Of a DNA stretch of 64,000 nt, positions 41,001 through 49,965 are shown piece by piece. The DNA is from an uncultured bacterium (lineage in GTDB: Bacteria > B130-G9): assembly GCA_965372715.1 (NCBI GenBank), contig CBDVDH010000005.1, positions 1 through 64,000 on the forward strand, in the 5' to 3' direction. Each line of letters begins with the position of its first letter. Position 1 is the first letter of the stretch. A program made the translations under genes and the position numbers. A model generated the notes under the pieces. It saw nothing but the letters and a program-made list of their open reading frames with translations, had not been told where the DNA came from and ran no database searches.

Positions 41001-41382
41001 CGCCCGGGCATCGTTTCAAGTTCTCCTGAGCGTTGGCGGCGGCCCGAAGAGCGTCGTTGGCGTCAGGAAATACCGCGAAGACCGCATCGCCGAGAAACTT
41101 GATGACGTCGCCGCCATTTTCATGGACGGCATCGACGATGATCCCCACTGCCGCATTCACGATATGCGAGAGCTTCTCCGCGGCCGCGTCTTTGTATTGC
41201 TTGACGAGCCGACGTGAAAGCCCGCCAAAGCCTGTCAAGTCGGCGAACATCGCCGTCAGCTCGACGACTTTCGGCTCTGAATAGTCCACGCGAGGGAGGA
41301 ACGAGGCGAAGGTGCCTCGCATCTGGTTCGAGTGAGGATCAGCGTGGTCAGATGGGCTATCCCCGCGGTCATTCACGTTCAC
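38059..41382 (-). CDS. Tandem adenylate/guanylate cyclase domains + AAA (STAND-like) ATPase + TPR protein
   Basis: FADLTGF and KFLGDA; second cyclase domain (YTGIGDS...RL); GEPGIGKS; LEDLHWAD; GGNPFF; TPR-like tail. Confidence 0.9.
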   Translation of the reverse strand: MNVNDRGDSPSDHADPHSNQMRGTFASFLPRVDYSEPKVVELTAMFADLTGFGGLSRRLVKQYKDAAAEKLSHIVNAAVGIIVDAVHENGGDVIKFLGDAVFAVFPDANDALRAAANAQENLKRCPGAASEFSKSDRPLRASIGLSTERFFAATFGQERKEVAVLGSRDVYQAENLAKPGQIVAAGSTLDALNEAPRCISIGETEFYAIADLGPITPAQQRPPAAAPRPDPPLEYLRCFVPEFIHAALERRGDVEPRFKNVTTLFANVHFDFTSLVENPALFGRINTLFTDIARIIARNRGFLNKFYGNFMAMFPDDLHNHEEKAIRTALDIVNYVKEYRASGPSLNVSVGVETGRCFVATVGGPSRREYTGIGDSIIRAYRLASKTRDKIWTTERLLKRLEAKDVPRFFGCVKLGKATLKARGETALVREVTGYERPRLKTRPWTELVGRERELAQIEEALGNIGCGCVLTISGEPGIGKSRLLYELEQRVKRLAQYRLFKVEADPSTTSAPFSLAKELVGKVVGLDDGARGTMPDTIQAFCASRALDCERELLALFGFPTELDSFEPEARKRRVFDAAKRALLANASSVYVLEDLHWADERSAELIRELASNIPQSIMLASTFRREFDSSTLQATTEIELGFMKRRHFVDFARAVLGKPVGKELADFVCDHSGGNPFFARQIIDHLVDTWQLRDEGECFGLTKALDELDVPQTVEDLVSARIENLPDAAKQAIYASSVIGPEFRLYELIRLVGAYGEASPSEAAFQDFVTAAIQPLLDRNLIVQLDESKHIYQTNHATTTETAYKRLSENDRKRLHGKLVRIIEQDPELKDKQDTLDVVARKQYHAYRSNEHDKAADYSRKAGELSISDYGNDQAIEFCTQGIEAVDRAIQRDGETKERLEHKMTMLFIRGQVTIINKLDRKGGSKDCEEALGIANENDNDLFRFLSLDYIGLGKTFMRCMEEMLSSRSPILDAFDTMIDNYKKALEILESAFCTGAQLDNSRVEHALALLQQRGFPSVEIMRRNVQAMAYYRRGDIENALSNIDRAYDLAKEKRNLDFLWRICYDAARIYADVDEAKAKKMRAEGEEYLEMYCAHMTPSRKRDS

Positions 41383-41524
41383 AGCTTATGGTCACCTCAA
41401 CGCCTGCTCGAAAGCCGCTTTGATTTGGGCATGCCGTGCAATTCTCGTGGGATATTGTGCCCTGATTCGGTGGCGTGAGTCAATCGGGCATGCGCCTTTG
41501 GCAACACGAGATAGGTGCTGGCTG

Positions 41525-42085
41525 TCAGAACTTGTCCAGCATCGCTGAGACGACCTCTTTGCCGAGGTCCGCGGCCGCCATCTCAAGCGCCTTCTGACGA
41601 GCCTGTTCCCTGGTGCTGATGTCCCGAGAATCGTGCTCGCGGCCCAGATGATACAGGTCTGAGATGTCCTCATCCACCTTGTAATCCTTCTCAACCGAGA
41701 GCTTCTTGGCGGGGAAAATGACCTTGTCATCTTTCAGGTCGATCAGTTCTGCCTTTACACCAATCGTTACGCGATACTCGTTTGGGACGCCCCGACTGTC
41801 GTAGGAGAGCCGCTTAAGCTCGTAGCTCACGACCACGCCCTGAAGCCGAGCGTCCGCCGAAGCGTCGCCTATCTCGAGGCCGCCTCGCTTCATGAAGCTC
41901 GCCACAACCGCATCCGTCACGAGCGCCTCAAGCCCTGTCTCAAGAGTCTCGTTCTTGAACACAGGAATGCTGATCTTCTTGACGTGCCGAGGAAGAGCGC
42001 CGCCCCTCCCAACCAAGTTGTAGCCGCAGCCAAGAAGCCCAGCCAACGCGGCGAAGACGAGCACTGATATTACAAGTCTTCGCAT
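41525..42085 (-). CDS. lptE: LPS assembly lipoprotein LptE family
   Basis: Lipobox LLGC-GY; IPVFKNET motif. Confidence 0.8.
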   Translation of the reverse strand: MRRLVISVLVFAALAGLLGCGYNLVGRGGALPRHVKKISIPVFKNETLETGLEALVTDAVVASFMKRGGLEIGDASADARLQGVVVSYELKRLSYDSRGVPNEYRVTIGVKAELIDLKDDKVIFPAKKLSVEKDYKVDEDISDLYHLGREHDSRDISTREQARQKALEMAAADLGKEVVSAMLDKF

Positions 42086-42245
42086 CACGCGTGCCTCACG
42101 AATATCCAGCGAAATTAAACCAGCCATCGTTCATATATCTTGACCCCTCGGCCTGCCCTTGTCAAGGGGCGTCGCTCAACGGGTTTGACCCTGGATTGTA
42201 GGCAACATGGCTGCGTTATTGCCTATCTTACCGAGGCGCGGCCAG

Positions 42246-42461
42246 GTCGCCCGGCTTTAGCCGAGGCGACAGGTTGGCTATCATGTATTAACTCCCGATT
42301 TTAATCGGGAGACCCCAGGACCCCGACACGCTCCTCTTCATCCTCCTCAGATCAAGATTTCAGGGAGGAGGAGGGAGGCGCGTCGGCTTCCAGACCACCC
42401 GACTCGAAGTCGGGTGCTAATATAATGAGAGCCATCTATCGCGCCGCGTTGAAACGCGGCG
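42246..42461. repeat. Full four-hairpin ~215-bp repeat (MITE/BIME-like)
   Basis: Reverse-complement homolog at 52213-52433. Confidence 0.85.
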
Positions 42462-42585
42462 GCCTGGATACGTCAACTCTACCTACAATCTAGAGTCACA
42501 CCCGGCTCACACAGATCACCGGCGTTTCACACGTGGTTCGCCGCGGCGAATTCTCCGCCTCTGGGAACCAGAACGTCGTCTCCTG

Positions 42586-45504
42586 TCAACCTGACTCATT
42601 CTCGGCCTCTCTTCCGGAGAACTCCCTGAGGGATTCCCTCGCGTATTGGCTCACCTGAGTAGCCGGGTCATCAGTCAGCTGGATAAGCGCCTCCTTCGCT
42701 CGCTTCACGTCAGGCGCGATGGACCTCGTATCAGAACAGACACTTCTGACAACCTTTCCTATGGCCGACGCTGCTAACCGGCGGATATCTGTTGCCTCGG
42801 ACGAGGCGCAACCGATCAGGAAATTGAGGGCGTATTGGCCGCACAGCTCGCCAAGTGTCCAAACCACCCTGGCGCGAACGCGGTTGTCGGTGCAAGTATG
42901 GAAACTCCGAAACAAGCATTGCGCTATCTCTTTCGGGTGAAACAGACGGAGTTTCGGCAACATCTCCTTCGCCTGATCGGGCGCAGCGTGCAGCAGTTTC
43001 CCTATTGCCTGGTCAAGCAACTCGCCCGCGTTGTCGGTTGCCCGGGCGTCGGACGGCGCTGCTTCCGGCTGCACGTCCTCTTGTTCCTCAGCGTCACTGT
43101 TTTCGCTGATTGCCCGTTCAGCCTCGCCACGCTGCCGTTCAGGTGGTTCTTGGCCCGCGTCCGTTAATCCAAGCACTGGGTAGCGGTCGCTGCCGCCCTT
43201 TCGGAGCAACCCCTCTTCGAGCATTGAGTCGATGACCATGCGAATACGCTCCCGCGATATATCTAAACAGCCATATACATCGAGTTTGCCAGCGCCAGCG
43301 GGTTCTATCCATTTGGCCTTTGAGCCGGTCAGAACCTCTATAACGCTCGTCACGCCGCGCGGTCTGTCAAAGGCTGCCACGCACTTGAGCACGGCGGCAA
43401 CGATGTCCTCGTCGTTGGTTGTGTGTCTCGGGCGGCGGGGGTCGGGCTCTTGAGACTTCCGGGTCCTGAAGTCATCGACGCTCATGGTTGATGCCTTCTC
43501 TCGGCCCAACTTGGTCAGGACGAGGACTGGCCGACCTGACTCCCCGGTCAACCTCAGATAGCCCTCAGTAACCAGGTCATCTATGACCTTCTTGACCAAA
43601 TCCCTGCTGACCCGCAGCAGCCCATAAACTGGATTACGTTGAAGCTCCCACTTGATGAGGTCCTTATTACGGGCCCCGGTCAGTATCTCGGCGACCTTAG
43701 TTCTGCCGAGTGGGAAGTCCAAATGACTGATGCACCCAAGAACGGCAACCGCGATCTTGGGATGCTCGGAGAAGGCGGCCCGGCCCGCGCCCTCACCATC
43801 TCCTTGCAGATTGCAGCGATCGCAAGTCCCACAGCGAAAGCTGTCACTTTCACCGAAATAGCGCAAGATGAACTCACGCCGACAGCCGTCGTATTTGATG
43901 TAATCCTCCATCGCCTCGAGTTTCTGAACCTCCGCGCCTCGCAGCAGTGTTTGCCGTTCCCAGTCGATTGGAACCTCGTGGAAGGGAGGCGGCGGGCTGA
44001 CCAGTTTCTCGATACCTCTGCCCCGGAATGGAGGCTCATAATGGATGACGCCATCGTTGTGCATCGCCTTGAGCGCTCGACGTACCTGGTCCTCTGAGAG
44101 CCCGGAGGCTCGACACAGTTGGCCGAGGCTGACCTCGTGGCGTCCAGGCGCCTCGATGTCCTCCGTGGCGGAAAGCCCTTCGAGAACGCGAATTTGCGCG
44201 GGCCCCCGCAGCTTGGACATCACCTTCGAGCCCGGCTTGTGCAGAGTTATCGCAATCCTGGGCTCGCCTGATAGGGCTCTAGTTATTTCAGCCCCGTCAA
44301 GCAGCCTGACAGCCGCGCCAACGTGACCCTCCTTGACCTTTGCCTGGCAGCGCGTGGCGATCTCCTTGTATGTCAGCATCACCGGATTATCCTCAATCTT
44401 GAAGAGCTCTTCATAGACCTTCTTCACAAGCTCCAGGCTGGGGTAATTCAGATCGATGAAGAACTCGTGGACGCGGCGGTCTGCCAAAGAGTGCAGCAGG
44501 ACGCAATGCGAGGTCTCTCCGTCGCGCCCGGCGCGGCCGATCTCCTGATAATACTGCTCAACCGAGCCGGGATAGTTGTAGTGCACCACGGAGCGGATGT
44601 CGGCCTTATCAATACCCATCCCGAAGGCACACGTCGCCACGACAACACGGTCTTTGCCGGTCATGAACCTATCCTGAACCTCGGTGCGGGCATCGGGCTC
44701 AAGGCCGGCGTGATACACGGTTGTGCGCGGCTCGACGGCTCTCAAAGCCTCGCCTAGTTTCTCCGCGTCCCCCCGCGTGGACGTATAGACTATCGCCGAC
44801 GCCTTGTGTTCACAGATGAAATCGAGCACGAACCTGTCTTTTCTCTCTTTGCTGGAGAACACCCGGACGCTAAGGACAAGGTTCGGTCGGTCGAAGCCGC
44901 GAACGTGCACGTCAACCTCATCCGCCTCAAGCCCAAGCGACTGAATGATGTCCCGTCGCACTCTGGGCGTCGCCGTTGCCGTAAGCGCTGTGACGTGCGG
45001 CCATCCCATCTGTTTCCTGAACTGCTTGAGGCGCAAGTAGTCCGGCCGAAAGTCGTGACCCCACTCCGAGATGCAATGGGCCTCGTCGATGGCCATTCGG
45101 CAGATGCTTACATTGCGCAGCGCGTGGAGGAAATGTGTGTTCCGGAATCGCTCCGGAGCGACGTATAGGAGTTTGATTCTGTCGCAGGCGCACTGCGTAA
45201 GCCTCGCCTGCTGTTCCTCGCGGCCGAGGCTCGAGTTAACGAATGTGGCGGGTATCCCCCTACGCTTTAGGTCATCAACTTGATCCTTCATGAGCGAGAT
45301 TAAGGGAGACACGACGATCGTCAACCCACGCTGCATCAGCGCTGGCAGCTGGTATAAGAGCGACTTGCCACTGCCGGTCGGCATCACGACCAGCAGGTTC
45401 CGCCCTGACAGAATGGACCTGATGGACTCCTCCTGCCCCGGAAGGAAAGTAGCGTAGCCAAATCGCTCAGCAAGCAATCTCTTGGCGCGGTCGAGCTCTG
45501 TCAT
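42586..45504 (-). CDS. recQ: RecQ-family DNA helicase with duplicated RQC-like domain and HEAT-like tail
   Basis: MPTGSGKS, DEAHCISEWGHDFRP, AFGMGIDK, YYQEIGRAGRDG, CRR...CGTCDRC. Confidence 0.9.
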   Translation of the reverse strand: MTELDRAKRLLAERFGYATFLPGQEESIRSILSGRNLLVVMPTGSGKSLLYQLPALMQRGLTIVVSPLISLMKDQVDDLKRRGIPATFVNSSLGREEQQARLTQCACDRIKLLYVAPERFRNTHFLHALRNVSICRMAIDEAHCISEWGHDFRPDYLRLKQFRKQMGWPHVTALTATATPRVRRDIIQSLGLEADEVDVHVRGFDRPNLVLSVRVFSSKERKDRFVLDFICEHKASAIVYTSTRGDAEKLGEALRAVEPRTTVYHAGLEPDARTEVQDRFMTGKDRVVVATCAFGMGIDKADIRSVVHYNYPGSVEQYYQEIGRAGRDGETSHCVLLHSLADRRVHEFFIDLNYPSLELVKKVYEELFKIEDNPVMLTYKEIATRCQAKVKEGHVGAAVRLLDGAEITRALSGEPRIAITLHKPGSKVMSKLRGPAQIRVLEGLSATEDIEAPGRHEVSLGQLCRASGLSEDQVRRALKAMHNDGVIHYEPPFRGRGIEKLVSPPPPFHEVPIDWERQTLLRGAEVQKLEAMEDYIKYDGCRREFILRYFGESDSFRCGTCDRCNLQGDGEGAGRAAFSEHPKIAVAVLGCISHLDFPLGRTKVAEILTGARNKDLIKWELQRNPVYGLLRVSRDLVKKVIDDLVTEGYLRLTGESGRPVLVLTKLGREKASTMSVDDFRTRKSQEPDPRRPRHTTNDEDIVAAVLKCVAAFDRPRGVTSVIEVLTGSKAKWIEPAGAGKLDVYGCLDISRERIRMVIDSMLEEGLLRKGGSDRYPVLGLTDAGQEPPERQRGEAERAISENSDAEEQEDVQPEAAPSDARATDNAGELLDQAIGKLLHAAPDQAKEMLPKLRLFHPKEIAQCLFRSFHTCTDNRVRARVVWTLGELCGQYALNFLIGCASSEATDIRRLAASAIGKVVRSVCSDTRSIAPDVKRAKEALIQLTDDPATQVSQYARESLREFSGREAENESG

Positions 45505-45724
45505 TCCGGAACCGGATTATGGCATGTCAGCTGGGAACCGTTCAACGTCAAAGGCACGAAGGCACAAAGAGGACGAGGACGCCACCCGCCGTAGGGGTGC
45601 CGCTTGCCGCACCCTCCAGCTATCCCCCTTGTGCGAGGAAGCCACTAAGCAGTCACAGAATGTTGACGATCTCTTTCTTAGCTGTGTGGTGTAGAGCTCG
45701 GCGGGGAAGCGCCCCGGCTCGAGG

Positions 45725-48700
45725 TCACTTTTTCTCCAACGCCTTTTGCAGCTCGGCTATCAGCTCCGAATACTGATAAGGTTTCTGGAGGAACCCGGCC
45801 AGGCCCTTGCCGGCGAAACGGTCCGTAACTTCCTGCTTACTGTATCCGCTCATGAGGATAACGCGGACGTCTTCGCGGATCAGGCGCACGTCATGGAACG
45901 TCTCCTCGCCGCCCTTATGGGGCATGGTCAGGTCCAGCAGAACGCAGACGATTTCGTCCGCCCGTTCGCGGAATACATCAACGCCCTGGCAGCCGTCCAC
46001 AGCCGTCAGAACATCAAAACCCGCCTTTTCCAGCATTTGCTTCCCAGTGGTCCGAACTGCTTCCTCGTCCTCAATGAGCAGAACGGTCCCGCTTCCCTGC
46101 CATTCCCTCTCGGAGGTCGGCTCTGCTGCTGTGGTCTCTTCCAGCCCGGCTGTCGCTGGAAACAAGACCCTGAACGTCGTGCCACGCCCTTTCTCGCTAT
46201 GAATCTTGATAGCACCATCGTGGCCCCGAACAATCCCCAACACGGCCGCGAGACCCAGACCCCGACCGGTGAACTTCGTCGTGAAAAACGGGTCGAAGAT
46301 CCCGCCCAGAGTGTCCTTGTCCATTCCACAGCCCGTGTCGGAGACTTCAAGGACAACGTAGAGCCCCTCGGGCAGCTCCTCGTCAAGGTAGGTCCCCTTC
46401 AAGTAGGCGCGATCACATTCCGTTACGCCAGTGCTGATCGATATGACGCCACTTCTGTCGCCGATCGCCTCGGATGCGTTAGTGATTAGGTTCATGATGA
46501 TCTGGCGAATCTGCGTGGGGTCGGCCTTGATCGAGGGTAGGTTGTCGGCGAAGTTGTATTTGAGAATGGCCTTCTTGGAGATCGAGACCTCGAGCAGATG
46601 GGTCATTTCTTCCACGATCTCTGACAAGTTGACGCTCCTAATCACGAACCGGCCCTTGCCAGAATAGGCCAGCATTTGTTTACACAGTTCGGCGGCGCGG
46701 CGGGAAGTCCTCTCGATGGCCTCGAGGTTCTCACGGGCTGGCGAGACGGGCGAGAGCTCGGACAAGGCGAGGTCCGCGTTGCCAAGTATCGCCGTCAGAA
46801 GATTGTTGAAATCGTGCGCGATTCCCCCCGCCAGCACACCCAAACTCTCTAGCTTCTGCGCCTGTTGTATCTGCGCCTCGAACTTTCGGCGCTCCTCCTC
46901 TGCCTGCTTGCGCTCTGTGATGTCCTTTGCGTATTCAATGACACCCGTCACCTGCCCGTCGGCGTCCTTGAGTGGGAAGGCGGAGAGGTCTATCCAGCCG
47001 GTCGGATTCACCTCAGAGGGGTAGGGGACCTCCGTGCTATGGGTTTCACCTGTTTCGAGCGCCTTGAGTGTCGGGCACCAAGGACATGCGGATTCCCTTC
47101 CTTGGTAGGCAGAGTAGCATTTCTTGTCAACCAGAGGCATCTCACAAGTGTACATCGCCTCGTGCCACTTGTTGACCCGGATGATGTTCAATTCAGGGTC
47201 CAAAACGCAGATTCCGTCTTGAATTGAATCGAACACGGCCCTGAGGAAGCGTTCCCGCTCCTTTAGAGTCTCTTCAGCCCGCTTCCGCTCTGTGATGTCC
47301 GTATCTGCGCCTCTGTATCCCAGAAGGTTTCCGTCATCATCGAGCACAGGCACGCCGCTCGTGGCCAGCCAGACAACCTGGCCGTTCTTGTGAATGTTCC
47401 GGTTTATGAACTCGCGGAGGCACTGCTTCTTTGATAAGACATCAAGTGCTTTCCGTTTCAGCTCTTCCCGGTCGTCCTGATGGAAGAGGTCATAGAAATG
47501 CTTCCCAAGTATTTCATCAGGCGTGTAGCCCAGAATCTTCTCGACGACAGGGCTCGCGTAGGTGTACACCCCTTCAGCGTCAACCTCCCAAATCCACTCC
47601 AGGGCATTCTCTGAAATATCTCTAAACCTCTTCTCGCTCTCCCGGAGCGCCGCCTCCGCGCGGCGCAGGTCGGACAGGTCCATCATCACGCCGACGAGAC
47701 CCCCAACGTGACCTGATGTGTCTCTGAAGACTGCCTTGCTGATAAGGAATTCACGCCTGCTGCCGTCCGCGCACTGAACCTCGGCCTCGTAAGTTCTTAC
47801 GCCTTCTTTTCTGTAAAGCTCCTCGTCATAGCGAGTATGTTCTTGTGCCAGCTCGTCGGGAACGGCCTCCGGGAGTTCGCGCATCGAGCCGCCTATAATT
47901 CTATCTCTCTCAATGCCCATGACCTGTTCCGCGAAGGCCGTGTTGCACCCCAAGTATTTGCCTTCCCGATTCTTGTAGAAGAAGGGGTGCGGAACGGTGT
48001 CGATCAGGACACGCAGGAACTCCATGTGGTTCTGCAGCGACTTCTGCGCCCGCTTTCGCATCCTCCCGCTATAAAGCAGCCTTAGGATTAGCAGGGACTG
48101 GAGCACCATGAAGACCGTTGCCGCCCACAGCTCTCGCCAATACATGGAGTAGAAGGAGACAGGCCTGTTGAGAACCACGCTGCCCGCCGGCAGATCGGAC
48201 ATCCCCAGACCAAAACGTCTCATCACCTCATAATCAAACATATAGACGTTTGGGCTTTCGCGCACAATCGGGATGCTCTCGACTGATTCCCCATCCAAGA
48301 TGCGCCGCGCCATCTCCGCCGCGGCTCTGCCCTGCTCGAAGCCGCTTGTCATTCTCCCACCCAATATCCCATTAACTAGCAAGTTGTCCCAGCAACTGTA
48401 GACCGGGAAATCGGAACTCTGCGCGACCAGCTTCGCGCTCTCCTTAGAGGAAAGAGACCTCCCCTTTCGATCTCTGTAAAACGACAATTGTAAAGCTACG
48501 GTGTCCTCCGGCTGCGAATTGAGGGCCGCTCGAAGCTCCGAAACTGATTTGCCCGTCAGATAGACGAACTCCACCCTGTCGGCGAAATCCGGAGCGATCC
48601 CGTTAACTTGAGCGGCGCCAATCTTGCCGGATATCGTCTCGTCGCTGATTATCGCTATCCGACGTGTGCCCGGATGCAATCTTAGGATTAGCTCCACATT

Positions 48701-49189
48701 GCCCGCGAAATCGGCCACTTCGTTCACACCCGTTATTCTACCGTGGCCAGCTATCCGCGGGTCCTGGAAATCGTTGACGCCACAGAAGACGACGGGGATT
48801 CCCGGAAACAGGTCGCCGCGGCGCGCCAACAGGAAGTCAAGCGCGGTGTCGTCGGCCGAGATGATTACCTCAAAAGTCTCGGCGCTGTATTTGTCCGCGT
48901 AGATGTCTCGCAGCCGCTTGAGATAGGGAAGGCTGAAGTGCCGCTTTGTGTCCATGTATTCGATGTAAAGCTCGAGCTCGTCACTGGGAGAGAGAACAGA
49001 CTCTATCCCCTCTATGACGTTATCCGACCAAGCGTAGCCTCTGTGATAAGAATTCAGGACGAGGACCTTGCGAGGCCCATCAGTCTGGGCGAAGATTGGC
49101 GTGTTGAGCGCTACGAATAGGGCCAGGAGTCCCACAGCCAAAAGGCGGCGCGAGGTTGGGCTGAAGAAGCGAAGACTTGGCAAATGCAA
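45725..49189 (-). CDS. Hybrid sensor histidine kinase (periplasmic ABC-substrate-binding-like sensor, 3 PAS, HisKA/HATPase, REC)
   Basis: VLVLNSYH; PAS ends DITERK; AHDFNN; FDPFFTTK; DLTMP. Confidence 0.93.
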   Translation of the reverse strand: MHLPSLRFFSPTSRRLLAVGLLALFVALNTPIFAQTDGPRKVLVLNSYHRGYAWSDNVIEGIESVLSPSDELELYIEYMDTKRHFSLPYLKRLRDIYADKYSAETFEVIISADDTALDFLLARRGDLFPGIPVVFCGVNDFQDPRIAGHGRITGVNEVADFAGNVELILRLHPGTRRIAIISDETISGKIGAAQVNGIAPDFADRVEFVYLTGKSVSELRAALNSQPEDTVALQLSFYRDRKGRSLSSKESAKLVAQSSDFPVYSCWDNLLVNGILGGRMTSGFEQGRAAAEMARRILDGESVESIPIVRESPNVYMFDYEVMRRFGLGMSDLPAGSVVLNRPVSFYSMYWRELWAATVFMVLQSLLILRLLYSGRMRKRAQKSLQNHMEFLRVLIDTVPHPFFYKNREGKYLGCNTAFAEQVMGIERDRIIGGSMRELPEAVPDELAQEHTRYDEELYRKEGVRTYEAEVQCADGSRREFLISKAVFRDTSGHVGGLVGVMMDLSDLRRAEAALRESEKRFRDISENALEWIWEVDAEGVYTYASPVVEKILGYTPDEILGKHFYDLFHQDDREELKRKALDVLSKKQCLREFINRNIHKNGQVVWLATSGVPVLDDDGNLLGYRGADTDITERKRAEETLKERERFLRAVFDSIQDGICVLDPELNIIRVNKWHEAMYTCEMPLVDKKCYSAYQGRESACPWCPTLKALETGETHSTEVPYPSEVNPTGWIDLSAFPLKDADGQVTGVIEYAKDITERKQAEEERRKFEAQIQQAQKLESLGVLAGGIAHDFNNLLTAILGNADLALSELSPVSPARENLEAIERTSRRAAELCKQMLAYSGKGRFVIRSVNLSEIVEEMTHLLEVSISKKAILKYNFADNLPSIKADPTQIRQIIMNLITNASEAIGDRSGVISISTGVTECDRAYLKGTYLDEELPEGLYVVLEVSDTGCGMDKDTLGGIFDPFFTTKFTGRGLGLAAVLGIVRGHDGAIKIHSEKGRGTTFRVLFPATAGLEETTAAEPTSEREWQGSGTVLLIEDEEAVRTTGKQMLEKAGFDVLTAVDGCQGVDVFRERADEIVCVLLDLTMPHKGGEETFHDVRLIREDVRVILMSGYSKQEVTDRFAGKGLAGFLQKPYQYSELIAELQKALEKK

Positions 49190-49208
49190 GAAGCCCTCTG
49201 AATGGATT

Positions 49209-49320
49209 TTCGCCGCGCGACGGACTCTACCAGCTGACCCATAAACAAAGCTCCCCGAGACGGACTCGAACCGCCGACCCGGTGGTTAATTCGCCGCGCG
49301 GCGAACTCTACCAGCTGACC
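49209..49320 (-). repeat. Tandem partial tRNA-Asn copies carrying the TTCGCC-N4-GGCGAA palindrome
   Basis: 49251-49318 duplicates the tRNA from D-arm to 3' end with the palindrome in place of CAGGTGGCTG; 49209-49238 is a degenerate shorter copy. Confidence 0.9.
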
Positions 49321-49331
49321 TACAGACAAAG

Positions 49332-49404
<73 letters not shown>

Positions 49405-49418
49405 GTGCACCGATTACA

Positions 49419-49739
49419 TCATGAATATAGCCCTCGGACCCTGTCCCTGTCAAGTTTGGGGCTGACTTGCCATACATTCCCCAGGCTTACGTCTGAGAGC
49501 AAAGAAGAGATGAACCGACGCCCAATACCGCTCTTGAGCTGCCGCTCTCGTTTCATGGCTGCCGAACGGCTTCCTACTTTTTCGCTGTAGAGCACGTACC
49601 ACGGTCGCCCTCCCCTTGTAGAACGCACCAGACCCTCATTGTGAGCCTCTAAACGCCTATCGATGTCGCCGGTTTGCCCTATGTAGGTCCGACCTGTGCT
49701 GGGAGAATACAGAACATAAGCGAGGTATCTACAAGCCAT
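49419..49739 (-). CDS. Small stand-alone GIY-YIG nuclease
   Basis: AYVL-x7-TYIGQT, RRL-x-x-HN-x-G, RPW, AMKRERQLKSG-x-GR. Confidence 0.92.
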   Translation of the reverse strand: MACRYLAYVLYSPSTGRTYIGQTGDIDRRLEAHNEGLVRSTRGGRPWYVLYSEKVGSRSAAMKRERQLKSGIGRRFISSLLSDVSLGNVWQVSPKLDRDRVRGLYS

Positions 49740-49777
49740 GATCTCAGATTCGTGGTCCTCTCGAACGATCTGACGAA

Positions 49778-49839
49778 AACCGCCGAACCCGGTGGTTAAT
49801 TCGCCGCGCGGCGAACTCTACCAGCTGAGCTGTCGGGGA
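49778..49839 (-). pseudogene. tRNA-Asn-derived 5' copy with palindrome-replaced anticodon arm, upstream of the GIY-YIG gene
   Basis: TCCCCGACAGCTCAGCTGGTAGAG[TTCGCCGCGCGGCGAA]TTAACCACCGGGTTCGGCGGTT. Confidence 0.88.
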
Positions 49840-49965
49840 ATGCTCTGTTCAAAAGAGAGATAGGTTCTACTTGTCATGACTGTCAAGTTCTTGGGCTGCG
49901 CCACACGGCACGCCTCCCTAAGGCAGATGTTTACCCGGGCGCGTTCCAGTGATAATGTCGAAATC

